Made by a program: the position numbers and the translations under genes. Below the pieces are notes generated by a model. The model was not told the DNA's origin and made no database searches. It worked only from the letters and a program-made list of their open reading frames with translations. A DNA stretch of 63,807 bases, the filler included, from Conidiobolus incongruus B7586 (lineage: Eukaryota), in the NCBI GenBank assembly GCA_000697335.1. It is 7 parts of 7 records of this genome, joined end to end, with 100 filler letters (N's around TTAATTAATTAA, not from the genome) between each part and the next. Parts side by side here need not be neighbours in the genome. Positions count along the whole stretch, not along the records: positions 2,624 to 14,334 come from JNEM01006137.1; positions 14,435 to 19,923 come from JNEM01006138.1; positions 20,024 to 38,712 come from JNEM01006139.1; 4 more parts are not named here. One strand, written 5' to 3'. Shown here one piece after another: positions 12,143 through 24,795 of the stretch (positions are counted from its first letter, which is position 1; each line of letters starts with the position of its first letter).

Positions 12143-13609
12143 ATGTATCAATTTACAATTCCAACAACGAGACCTTTATTATTCACGGAGCAGTTTTCAA
12201 TTCTCGATCAAAAGAATGTCAGCTCTTTTAATCATTTTTTTTCAGAGTCGTCTGGGAAAAGAGAACAACTTCGAACAATATTGAAAATTGGCAAAAATGA
12301 TAAAAAGCCTGATTATCCTAGAATTCTTGAGGTATGAATTTATTTTCTATATATTTTATTATATGGAACATACATTTTAAAACATTTTAGAGTTTAGAAA
12401 ATTATCTTTCCAACTTATTAGGATTAGTCCAACTTCAACAAAGTGGTCAGATTTTAGTCAATCCCACTTTTGGTAAGTTATTTAATTTTATTTTAAGCTC
12501 TTCTTTATTTATAAATATACTAGAGACTACTTGGAGATGCTCTATATCAGAAGAAGAAATTAGAAGCAATATCACTAAAGGTTTTAGCAGACCAAAAATT
12601 TCAAGTCATTTATGGAATTATGAATTATTAAGCACACTTATGTGCTATGGCTATTTATACTTTAATTTTGCTTTTGACCAAATTGATGAAAAGAATGTTA
12701 CACAACCTACTGAAATTAATTACAACAAAGTATATTTTTTCTTTTTTACTCTTTTGATTGTTTAACTGAAAATATTAGTTTAGGCTGCTGATCTTTTTTT
12801 ACAAGCCAGTGGCATCTTTAATTATGTTAATCAGAATTTATGCCCATATTGGGACTTGAAAAAAACTATTCCGCTTTGTTCCAATAGACAGTCTTCTTTG
12901 GCTCTCGCTAAGATATCATTAGCTCACGCTCAGCTTATGGCATATCAAAAAGCACAATTGACGCAATTATCAGACGGCCTAGCAACAAAGATTTTATTGG
13001 GAGTTGTTTCTCTATTTGAGACCGCGATTGGTCTAATCAAATCTCTTGAGCCATCAGCATTAGATAAATGGTGCCCAAAGCTTATGAAATATTTGGAGGA
13101 AAGTGCCTATTTGTATCGAGCCATTGCATATCGACATTTAGCCAAACAATCTTATGATCAAAAGTAAGATATAAATATTTAGTTATTATGATATTAAAGT
13201 TCCCTAAAACATACTTTTAGTAAAATATCTGAGTCTTTAGCACTAGTTTTAGAGGCGAAAAAATTAATCAAATCTGTTTCAGGCTTTAAGATATCGGTAT
13301 TCTCAGAATCATTCCTTTCAGACGAAATGAATGAGCTAAAAAGACTAGAACAGTTTTACACCAAATTAAATGATACAGTAATTTTTTATCAACTTATCGC
13401 TATACAGCTAACACTATTTTTAGGTTTCTTTTCAATCTAAAATTCCTTCACAAGAAATCTTAAAAATTATTCCAGCTCCAAGAATTATTTTGGATGCAAA
13501 AGCATTTGTTTTACCTAAAATGAAACTTCCTGAATGCAATACTGATGATAATGATAACTATGAACAACAAATGATGGGGCAATATGCTCTGAAAGGAGCT
13601 TACTATTAA
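12143..13609 (+). CDS. palC: Bro1-domain pH-response regulator PalC-like protein, 6 exons
   Basis: N-terminus MYQFTIPTT (PalC-type F.LPTT), Bro1-like helices (YELLSTLMCYG, AADLFLQASGIFNY, LALAKISLAHAQ, KLNDTVSFQ) and a C-terminal di-tyrosine GAYY*. Confidence 0.75.
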
Positions 13610-14334
13610 TTAACCAATATTTCGCTATAAATTTATCACACTATTTAGCAAACTTTTCATAGTTTAGCATTTATTGATTTAAAATGAATTGAATTTCATT
13701 TTAGTTATTCAATATCGTTTCATTTAATTTGTATTCTTCTTTGATATTTACCATCTTTTCTGATTTGCATGCAGAATATAATTTGTATTTGGCATGATAA
13801 TATTAGATGAAATATATTTCAAAACTTATTACAATTTAGTTTGTTATTCTTAATATTTGTGTTTTAGTTTTATTAGTTTCTAAGTCAGCTTTAATTTTTT
13901 TAAGTAAAAATATTAAATGATTATTATTTTTTTGTTCATATTAATTGCTGAATTTTAATGATAATTATAAAATGTCTTAATAACTTCTTCAAGCTTCAAT
14001 ATCAATAATACTTATTTTAATAATTATAAATTTATTCTTTAAGCAAATTAAATAGTTTGTATCATTTATTAATATTTAATATCAAAAAAATGGCAAATTT
14101 TTTGATTTCTGATTTTTCTAGTATGTTATTAATTATCAAAAAATATTATATCCATAATAAATAAAAGAATAAATAATATATAAATATATATATTTATTAA
14201 TATATAATTTTCTTTATTAAAAAGTTATTTTTAGTAAATTGATTATTTAATATAATTAAGTTTACATAAAATAATAATTTTCAAAATCTATTTATTTTAA
14301 TAATATTAAAATTTATATATAATATAAATATTAT

Positions 14335-14434
14335 NNNNNNNNNNNNNNNNNNNNNNNNNNNNNNNNNNNNNNNNNNNNTTAATTAATTAANNNNNNNNNN
14401 NNNNNNNNNNNNNNNNNNNNNNNNNNNNNNNNNN
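14335..14434. other. Artificial contig linker
   Basis: N44-TTAATTAATTAA-N44. Confidence 0.98.
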
Positions 14435-15751
14435 TTATTAATTTAAGACCTAGGGGTTTTATAGCAAAAGTTATATATAGATTTCTTTATCATAATATTT
14501 ATTAAATTAAAACTTTGAAATATTAATAATTATAATTATATAGAGTTATTAAATAGTATTTTTTTAGTGAAATATATATAAATATAAAAAACATAAAAAT
14601 AATATTTAATTAATATTTATAAAATTTAAATATATTAATAAAATAAATATTGATTTGAAATAAAATTTAACTATTGTTTTGGCATACTATATAATAATAA
14701 AATGAATTTAATCAAAAAATATATTATATCTTTTTAAATTTGCAAAATATATTATCAAGATTTATATTGAAAAATTTATTAATATTACTAAAAACGATAA
14801 TTTTAGTTTTGAAGTTGGTTTTGATTGGATATATTTCCTCAATAAAATATTTATAATATATAAGAAGCACAATTTTACGATTAGTTATACACATGTAATA
14901 CAAATTATTTGTAACTAATATTTTAGTTTAACCTAATTAATTATTTAATCACTATGATACTATTTTTACTAATTAATTTTATCATAGAATTAGATAATCA
15001 TTTCATGGAATATATTGACTATTAATTAATTTCCAAAATAAGGTAATTAATTTATATTAGTAAAAGTAATTTAAGTTTTTTATTAAAGTGATTATCAAAT
15101 TAATTTTATCAGGATTGTCTTATTTATAAAGTATATCAAATGATTATTTTTCAATTTTCTAATTACAGATAAATAATTTAGTTTTAATTTTACTGGTTAT
15201 CATTATTAACTATGTATTCATCATTTATTAATAATCAATCTGTAATTATATGTTAGTTTTATAAATATATTTACCTCACAGACCAAAATTGAAGTATTTT
15301 GAATAATTTGAAAGAATTGAAAACATGTACATTAAATTATAACTTTTAGAATGATATCATTTAAATATTTTAGGAAGATTTTAAATAATGTTTGAATATT
15401 TATTACAATAATTAAGTGGTTATTTTCAGAGTAATTGTACAGTCAGTCATAAATTAAGATAATGTAATAATGTTTTAAATATATTTTAACATGAGTGGTT
15501 AAATTAAAATTATCAGCAAAATATAGAGTTATCTAATATATCAAAATACTTTGATGAGTAAAGATCCAGTTAAATTGTCAATTAAATAAGTTATTAATTG
15601 ACATATAGTACTCTAAAAACAATATTGTCGAAAGCGGATTCAGTGATACATGGCAAAAAGACTTAGCAGATATAACAATGTATCAATAAATCATAAAAAC
15701 TCCAACTTGATATTAGAAAAGTTTAAATAGGGAAAGCAATTTTAAATTCAG

Positions 15752-17642
15752 TTACTCGCTCGACAGATCCAAGGAAAAGAATGGGTGTTCTAAAGCTTGT
15801 TTGGCCGTTAAGCGCTCTTCAGGATCATAATTTAAAAGTTTCGATATTAAATCATAAAGACAAGCATTAAATTCAGATGTAGCTGGAATAATTTCCTAAT
15901 AAATTTTGTTAATTAATATTATAATATTAAAGCCAATTAGCCTTACTTTTAAGCTTTTCATCTTATTAACGAATCTTTTACTTGTAGGTGTAGTTGAGCT
16001 GTTTGGATAATCTAATTTGTCCTGTTTAAAAAAACCTTGACCGGCCCTTCTAAAATTATTATTTACTATATGGTTATAAAATTCAAATTCAAAATAAATA
16101 TTTACCCTGCTTTCCAAATGATTTTGGGTGGAATTTTTCCTAATACAGCCTGCATCAAAGCAAGATGTTCATAATTATCATGGGTTTGAAATAAAGCATC
16201 TCCGGTAAATAATTCTGCCAAGATACAACCAATAGACCACATGTCACATGGATATGACCATCCAGCAGCTAAATGAAAAATTAGTTAAAGAAATTAAATA
16301 GGCTATTTCTAGAATTACCTAAAATGATCTCAGGTGCGCGGTAATGACGAGTAGAAACAACAGAGCTATGATATTCTTCTTCAAAAGTAGCACTCCCAAA
16401 ATCAATCAAGCGAATTTCTGTATTGTTTAATATTTTCGTCGTCTTAGAAGATCTCTTCTAAAGTAGTCAAAGTTAAATATTTTAATATTAAAATTGTGAA
16501 TGAATGAATGATAGTTACTTTTAGAGGTACTTCCGTATGTGCGCTATCAATTAATAGAATATTTTCAGGTTTTAAATCAGTGTGAATCAATTTTAATTTA
16601 TGTAAAACTAAAAAATATATTAGTAAAAAAGTAAATAATATTAATACTTGATACTTACATTCTACACTAGATATAATCTGATGTGATATATGCTGAATGT
16701 GTTTAGGAGGAAATGGACGAAAAGAATTTTCTTTGAGAAAATCATATACACTGGGACCTAAAAGTTCAAAAGCCATGCAAACATGATTTTTAAAATCAAA
16801 ATAATCTTTCAAGTGAATACAGCGCTTCAAATTGTATGGATCGTGTGATTTAAGGGTCTGTAATACACGAATTTCGATTTTAGAAGCATCACGATATTTT
16901 TGTATAGCTTTGATAATTTTAATAGCAGTATAACATCTCGAGGAATGATCCCAACATTTGACCACTTTTCCAAAAGTTCCTTGGCCTAGAAGTGAAATTA
17001 TTTCGTCTAAAAAATGTAAATTAGCAAGAATATGGAGAAGAATATAATTATATACATCTATCATTAATGAACTGTTTTGGTACAATGATATAATGACCGT
17101 CTTCATCGTCACAAGGAGGTTCTACAGTAGTGGAAGGAGGTGGTCGTGTTAAAATTGAAGGAGCAGGTATATTAGATATATTGGGGTTAGAATACTAAAA
17201 ATTATTAAGTGAATATAAAATAAAAATAATAAAATTAAGAGGTATTTACGGGAATATATGGTTGAACACGATCAGAATAATTGGAAATAGGCAATGATGC
17301 AACCTGAGATTGATTATAAGATAAATAATTAGGTTGGTCTGATGGGGCGTGGTAATTAATGAGAGGGGTGTATGGGTCAGTGATAGGGATTTGGATTTGG
17401 CGAAGGCTTTCATAATTGGGGTTATGATTTTTGGGACGTTTATATTGGGCCATTTGAAGTTCGGATAAAGGAGGCATTTGAGGGTGTAGAGTACGAGAAT
17501 GGTTAGAGATAGGTGGAACGACCGGTAGAGCTGGTGGCGGAATTGCAGGCTCAGAAATCATAAAGTCATTGTTCTGAGAATGAAGATAAAGGTTGCTTTC
17601 CCATTCATGAGGACGCTTGCGACGTCTTGAGGTGGTGGACAT
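15752..17642 (-). CDS. LAMMER-family dual-specificity kinase (CLK/Kns1/Lkh1), multi-exon
   Basis: [52 protein letters not shown] and [11 protein letters not shown]; Pro-rich N-terminus. An alternative in-frame ATG lies at 17669. Confidence 0.93.
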
Positions 17643-19759
17643 TGTAAAGGTATTTGTATGAACAACCATTAATTTGATATGATTTAATTGTTTTTGATAT
17701 GAATTAATCATTTAACCATTCCAATATTTTTCATAAATAGAATTAGTTGGAATACATCCAAGTATATCATTGGCTTAATCTTTTAACATAACAAATGCAA
17801 TCCAATGAAGTTAAAAATACATTCCATTTATGATTTCAGGTATCCCAATGAACACTAATCAAATTCATCCATTCATCCATTCTGACTTGATAAATATTCC
17901 TTACACAAATAAGATGAAAATATACAAATTTAAAAAAAAGATTAAGATTTAGTGCAATTCGCATATTGCACTTCAAATATGAATATAGGATTATATTTTT
18001 ATCAATAGTGATAATTACTAAAATGTATTGCTATTGGGGAAATAGAGCAATTTCATTTAACCTTAAGTCATTAATTAATCAATAAACTCAATTATTAATG
18101 TCCTTTCATATAATCAACAATCACAACATTTCATAAATTATTGCCCGTATTCTCCGAAATTTAATTGAGAGACTCATTAATAACACTATTATGATAGAAC
18201 AAGATAATTGTATCTTCAAACTTTTATCAATAACTTCAAATATTACATTCTCAGTAATATTAGATATCTTCAACTTGTTTATTAGGGACTATTATTTTCA
18301 ATTTATAATAAAAATGAGTTTGATATGTACTTCATTCTATTGTCATGTAAAATTCAAAGCATCCAACTGCTCAACATTAAAAATACTAGGTAAAACCAAT
18401 ATCATATGCCTTATTATATCTAATAACAAAACATTTATCAATAGTGATGAATTTCACCTACGAATATTTTGAATTTGAATAACAACTCATCATCCAATGC
18501 ATACTATGGAAATGGTGGAATAAATATATACAATATTGATTCACCTTATTTAAATTCGCATGAAAATTCACTCACAATATTAAATAATGATATACTAATT
18601 TTGAAATAAACCTTACTGTTTTATATTAATTAACAGAATCTAGCCAAATGATAATACTTTTATAACTCATATATACTATATTTGCAAAAATTCAAAAAAA
18701 AAGTTGATTATATTAATTATAATATTTAGAAATAAAGCTAAAAATAAAATATAATCAAACCATTTGATAATAAATATATTAATTCAAGTATAAATTTAAT
18801 ATAATTTAAAATGTGTTTCAAAAATTTATAATAATGAAATGAAATATATTTAGTTTGTTTAGAAATAAAAATTAAAAAAAATATTTTAATAATGTATATT
18901 TAATATTATTCAATTTAACCATATTATTTGAAAATTTGAAATTGCTTTTCTAACACGTGGACATAATATTATATTTAACTGTGACCTACCATAAAAATTT
19001 TTGGTTTGATATACAAAAGAATATTTAGTTTTGGCTATTTTAATATTTTAATATTCGTGCATAATACTTATAAAATTGATATATAGTCTATGAATTTCAA
19101 AAAATTTTTCTTTTAATAATTTATAATTATAATATTGCAAATTAATAAATTTCTCTTTACAAATAAAAATAATTTCTTTCACAAATATTATATAACCCAT
19201 ATTAATTGAATATTGCATCAATGTTATATGAATTTATGTCCCATTGTAAATTTTCAAATTTTATCACTCACCACCAAATTGTATATTTTGTCAATTAAAA
19301 CACTGTATGAAATAATAATTAATCAATTATTTGTATATTTTAGTATCAATGATTATATCAATAATTATCTTTAATCAGTTTAATTAAATTAAACTATTGA
19401 ATTCAAGTTTAATATGTTTTTTCTCATTTAAAATTGATTTTAATTTCTTGGTTATTAAAAATCAATAGCAGCATATCATATAATTTTAAAACTACCACTG
19501 TTTAATATTATTTTACATGATATAAAATATTAATATTGTTTGCTCTAACTATCCAAAATAGTTATTTCAAAACAAAATCCTTTTTCAATTTATATAATTC
19601 ATGACTATTTAAATTTTTAAGGCAAATTAATATTAATAACATTAATATTATAATGAAAATTAAATAATGGCACAATTTTGAAATTAAACTTAAATAAATA
19701 AATTAATAAATAATAAATATAGTTTAACAAATAATATAAAATTAATAATGTTTTTTATC

Positions 19760-19923
19760 ATCAATAACATTTTTTATACTTTTAACAAACTTTTAATATC
19801 AAAAAAATAGTATTTAATTAAAGACTAAAATTTGATATTTTATAAATTAATTTAATTTGTTTATAAGAGTTTTTTTCTTATAAGCTAATTTTTTAACTAT
19901 TTGATATTATTATAATCATATTA
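19760..19923. repeat. Degenerate AT-rich repeat at contig end, homologous to about 51858-52020
   Basis: Collinear shared blocks TATACTTTTAACAAA, ACTAAAATTT, ATATTTTATAAA and TTTTTCTTATAAGCTAATTT. Confidence 0.7.
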
Positions 19924-20023
19924 NNNNNNNNNNNNNNNNNNNNNNNNNNNNNNNNNNNNNNNNNNNNTTAATTAATTAANNNNNNNNNNNNNNNNNNNNN
20001 NNNNNNNNNNNNNNNNNNNNNNN
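19924..20023. other. Artificial contig linker
   Basis: N44-TTAATTAATTAA-N44. Confidence 0.98.
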
Positions 20024-20258
20024 ACTTTGTATACCTGTGTCCTCTGGTTCTTTCTCGTTTTAAGATCACCATCTCATGTCTGTTTACTTTTGCCTACATC
20101 TGTTTTATATACTCCTTTAGCGAGAAATTAAGTGAATTGGGTCCTGTCCCAGGAATTACTACGGTTATCCACTTGGATGAATTGGAAATATACTATATGC
20201 TTTGTAACTATTACGTATACTTGGTAATTACTAAGTGATACGGCGGTTTTATTATGTC

Positions 20259-20267
20259 ATCCCATAA
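20259..20267 (+). promoter_or_regulatory. Recurrent upstream motif ATCCCATAA (SEC10 promoter)
   Basis: Exact 9-mer about 75 nt upstream of the ATG at 20342. Confidence 0.5.
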
Positions 20268-20341
20268 GTTGTCGAATAAATCCTTTCCTCATAAAAAAAA
20301 AAAAATGCTCTATCAATAATTAATGCTAATATTATATAATA

Positions 20342-23219
20342 ATGGAAGATAAAAAACTTTATACAAGTGATAAAACTTTATCCGATCAATTAACTTTAAA
20401 TCATTTTTATGTATGTTATACTAATTTTAACACATCTTAATAATTATTTACATTTAATTTTATTTAGAATGATTTTGACTCTCGTTCGTTTATTGATGGT
20501 TTATCTAGCACAATTGTAGAAGAAGCAAGAAATGATTTATCTGGTATAAAATATCTATCATTTTGTCAATATTTCAACACGTATTAATTTATTTCAAATA
20601 TAGAATTTGTTGCCAGGCCTTTTATTCATTCTTTTGAATACGCTTTAGAAAGTCTATTAAATTTAAAATCTAAAGTTCACCAAAGAATCAATGAGTTAGA
20701 AGTTGCTTCTCAACAAGCTGAACAAGCTCAAAAACAAAATATTAAAAAATTAGAAATTGGCTTTCAAGTAATTTTTATAAATGTTCATCTTCAAATTAAT
20801 CGTTAATCTTAGCATTAGCAAGTTCAAGATACTTCCAACCAATTAGAAAACGGTATTAATAAAGTAGGACCCGCGGCTGTGAGAATTGGTGAACAGTTGG
20901 AAACTATTCATAAACAACGTTCTAGAGCTGCTCAAACTCGAGATTTATTCAAATATTTTAACGAATTTGGTTCTGGTCAATGCGCTCAATTGGAAGAAAT
21001 GAGACTTCAAAGAGGTGCAGAGGGCCAATATCAAGTATATTAAATTTTTATTATATATTCGTGCATTGATAATAATTGAATCAATTTCAAGGCTGCTATT
21101 ATTACAAGAAGACTTACTAGTATTGCTAAAGAGCTTGATGTTCCTAATGCTAGCACAGTAAGATAATTAATTTCATTCGAAATTTTTCCTTATTTTAACA
21201 TATTATTTTCCTTTTAGATTCAAGCTAATATTGAAAAGTACAGCGAAAAACTTGAAACTGATTTATTAGAAACATTTGATCAAGCGTATAAAAATGGAGA
21301 TATTGCTACAATGGCGGTAAATATATAGGAACTTATTAAACAAATTAATTTCTAATTCTAATATTTAGAGATGCTCAAAAACTTTACTTGATTTCAATGG
21401 TGGTAACTCATGTGTTCAAACTTATGTAAATCAACATGAATTCTTCTATTCTAAGAGAAAGATGAAGGAATCGACATATAGTATGGATTTCAGTATGTCG
21501 AGCGATTCTACATCTAAATCAGACCCTTTGTCTCACCCCTCTGGTCCTGATCCTTATATGGTAAAGCTCTGTGATGAAATCCGTTCAGTAGTTGCCAAGG
21601 AATGGGAAGTCATTTCTCAAGTATTTCCCAATTCACTTTTCGTTTTGCAGTTATTCTTAGAAAGAATGTTTGCTCAATCAATTCAAACTTATTTAGAAGG
21701 TTTACTTGACCAAGCAAGAGAATTATCAAGCTTGAATTATCTCCGTACTTTGTCAACTGCTCACTCATGTGTCTCAAGTTTGGTTCATGATCTAAAACAA
21801 TTCGACCAGGAAACAATATTCCCTACAATTAAGAGGCAGATGGCTAATCAAACTACTTCAGTAGTCGCCAATCAAGTCCACGACACCCACACCTCTGTAT
21901 CAATCACTTTAGACCAATGTATGGAAGATTTATTTGTACCTTATTTGGACAATTCAATGTACATGAATCTAGAAACTGATTTTGTTAAAAATACCTTCAC
22001 TAGTATTACTGAGCCATTTATCACACAATCCCAAAAATTGAGTAAAAAGAGTAATAATAAGCAAAATATGTTTTCTCGAGTTGCCGAAAAAATCAATACC
22101 AATTTAATCAATACCAACTTACTGAATCAAGGAAATACGACTCCGGATTCTACTCCTGCTTCTCCTACTGTCCCCTCGAATCCTGGAACTCCAACTAAGC
22201 GCCGTAGTTACTTCGGAACTAGGCTTTCTTCTGAATATGACGACAATGGAAATGAGCTCCATATGTCACCTCAAATCCAACTTGTATCAAAACTCCTTGA
22301 AATTCATGCTGAAGCACTGGGAAGGTGCGCAGAATTATGTTCACCATCGGATTTGCCACGATTTACTATCGAATTGTTCAAGAGTTTAACTGATCATTTA
22401 AGCAATGAATTTTTACATTCTATCTACCATTCATATGAACATGAGTTGAAATTAAGAGATCTTAGAGTTGAACCTGAATTTGCCAAAACCTTCGAGATTG
22501 TAGCTTTTTCATCGCATATCGTCCAATTAGTACAAAAACATTTCCAAAATTGTGTTCTTCCACTTATGATCCATTCACCTCCTGCTTATCGAATGATAGT
22601 CATTTACAAAAATGAATTCATATCTAAAGTTGAAGAAAAGATTAATTTCCTATTGCAGTCTGAATTGAGCAGTTTCTCTGGATGGATTCCAATCATTTTA
22701 CAGCACCAGAAGCCCAACGATTTTAAGCCTAATGATCAAGATTTTGATTTCTTGACACCTGCAACTGAACCCTGTTTGCGATCTGTTGATGTATTAATTA
22801 AAATGTGTGGTAGTGCTCAGCAGTACCTTGAAGGTGAAAATTTGAGAACTTTTCTACTCGAACTGGGTGTTATCCTCCACGAAATCCTCCTTGATCATTA
22901 CAAGAGATACACTGTTAGTATTAGTGGTGGGATATTATTATCCAACGACATTTCCAAATTTCAAACTGTAATTAATGAGCTTAAAATTCCCCAACTTACA
23001 GAAAGGTTTGAAATGTTGAGAGCACTCTCTAATTTGTTTATTCAGGTTCCTGAAGCATTGCCCTCAGTGCTCAGAGATGGTATCCTTGGTAAAATTGATC
23101 CTCAATTATTGTATCCATACTTAGCATGCAGAGAAGATTATCGATCTGCTAACATTGCCAAAATAGTAGGATTCCGTCATAATGCATCCAGTGCGATGAT
23201 TCATAATGAATTTAGATAA
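20342..23219 (+). CDS. SEC10: Exocyst complex component Sec10 (EXOC5), 7 exons
   Basis: Spliced N-terminus with AVRIGEQLE and FNGGNSCVQTYVNQHEFF; C-terminal QKPNDFKP and HYKRYTVSISGGILLSNDI are typical of Sec10. Confidence 0.92.
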
Positions 23220-23448
23220 TTTTTCATTTTTACTGATAATTCTCTATTCTTAAATTTTTCCTATGATTTACTTTAGTATTAATAATGAGTAATAAAATAA
23301 TTGAATGTTAATGTGAAATCATGTTTATTTTAATAAATGTATCATTAAATAGTGTAGATCATTAAATATTATGTGTGCTAGTATTAAAGTTTCAATTAAT
23401 TTTGTAATCTTCATATTAAAAAATTCTTTTCTATCCAATAAATAATTA

Positions 23449-24795
23449 TTAAAATAGACCCAATACGTTGTGAAGTGGAGTATAGATACCTTTCACTAAA
23501 TTCTTAATGGTGGACTCTTTGCGAGATAAAGCAACTGGTGAAACGTAGTCTTCCTTCTTATTCAAATCAATAATAGTCTGACGATTTTCTGCTTCATAAG
23601 TACGAACTTTGGGAATGTCAAGCTTGGCCATATTCAAGTAGCTATCGGGTAGAGGGTTAGGAGCTCTAAGCTTATATTCATTCTCACGATCGTACGGATC
23701 AACCAAATATTCACTTGCTTCGTTATTCTCAGTAACACTTGAAGATTGAAGCTCTGGCTTAGAAGTATTTTCTTCACTTTCAGCATTTACAAGACCAGTA
23801 TCTGCGGATGCATCAGCTTCAGAAACAGATGCAGCTTGGATATCTGAGCTCTGTTCAGATCCATCGTCACCTCTTCTATTGATTCTTGAAGCAGCACGAA
23901 CAAGACCATAGCTCGAATATGAGTAGCAATAGGAGTCGTTGTTGATATCCATGACTGCTCTAACACTCTTTCCAAAAGGTTGGAGATTTGAGCCTAAACT
24001 TCCTGAAAAATCCATAAGGTTATCCGAGTTACTACTCTGCCAAAGCCACCACAATTTATCGATAAAAGCATGATGCAAGTAGAAAAAAATATCTTTACAG
24101 CTTCTCATTGTGGCCATATCTCCTCCGATGTTATTGTGGACGTTACCATGAGGTGAGGATTCAATACGATTCCAGAACTCTTCGAAACTGCGAGCGCGAA
24201 GGATGTTGTTAAGTAGCTCAGGAGCAGCAAATGCTCCCATGCTATTCCCCTGATCAAAATCACGTATCACGCATCCCATTCCGGAGTTTGCGTACCTGCC
24301 ACCGATGCAGTCTCCATGGCCATTCCCTCCAAAGTATTTGCTAGTGAAAACAACACTGGATTCTGGACTTTGAGACTCCAGAGACCAGTCCCAATAAGGT
24401 AAAGCGATGCTTGAGTCTACTTCTCTGAGCGCTTTTTCCAACCTGAAGATGATCTCTCTATGCCATGGCAAGAAATACGGTGTACCGTGCGCGAAATCGA
24501 CACTATCCAAATGGATTCTACATAACTCAGCATACATACCCGAATCTCTCACCTGCTCAAATGCTTTGTGGAATTTCTCCAACTCATCATCGGATAGTTG
24601 ATGAATCTCTTTTCTGACAATAGGTGTGCAACCAGCTGCAGTCGCATTCTCAGCAGTGGTTTTCGTGGTTGCTGCTTTGGCCAATTCGGCTCTTCTTTGA
24701 AGAAAAGCATAATTAGTACCAAGCTCTGTTGAGATGACTGTGGATGACCCAAAGATAAGTAAGCCTATCAACCCAAAACTATTGAACCACTTCAT
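23449..24795 (-). CDS. Secreted tyrosinase / type-3 copper protein, intronless
   Basis: Signal-peptide-like N-terminus, VRKEIHQLS, CuA (IHL..AHG..FLPWHR), LPYWDW and CuB (HGNVHNNIGG..FYLHHAFIDKLWWLWQ). Confidence 0.93.
   Translation of the reverse strand: MKWFNSFGLIGLLIFGSSTVISTELGTNYAFLQRRAELAKAATTKTTAENATAAGCTPIVRKEIHQLSDDELEKFHKAFEQVRDSGMYAELCRIHLDSVDFAHGTPYFLPWHREIIFRLEKALREVDSSIALPYWDWSLESQSPESSVVFTSKYFGGNGHGDCIGGRYANSGMGCVIRDFDQGNSMGAFAAPELLNNILRARSFEEFWNRIESSPHGNVHNNIGGDMATMRSCKDIFFYLHHAFIDKLWWLWQSSNSDNLMDFSGSLGSNLQPFGKSVRAVMDINNDSYCYSYSSYGLVRAASRINRRGDDGSEQSSDIQAASVSEADASADTGLVNAESEENTSKPELQSSSVTENNEASEYLVDPYDRENEYKLRAPNPLPDSYLNMAKLDIPKVRTYEAENRQTIIDLNKKEDYVSPVALSRKESTIKNLVKGIYTPLHNVLGLF

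Noticed and set aside
18191..18472. Hydrophobic Ile/Phe/Asn-rich ORFs in intergenic DNA (also 25694, 29528, 46905, 59738, 59757)
   Set aside because: Their composition is what AT-rich non-coding DNA gives by chance.
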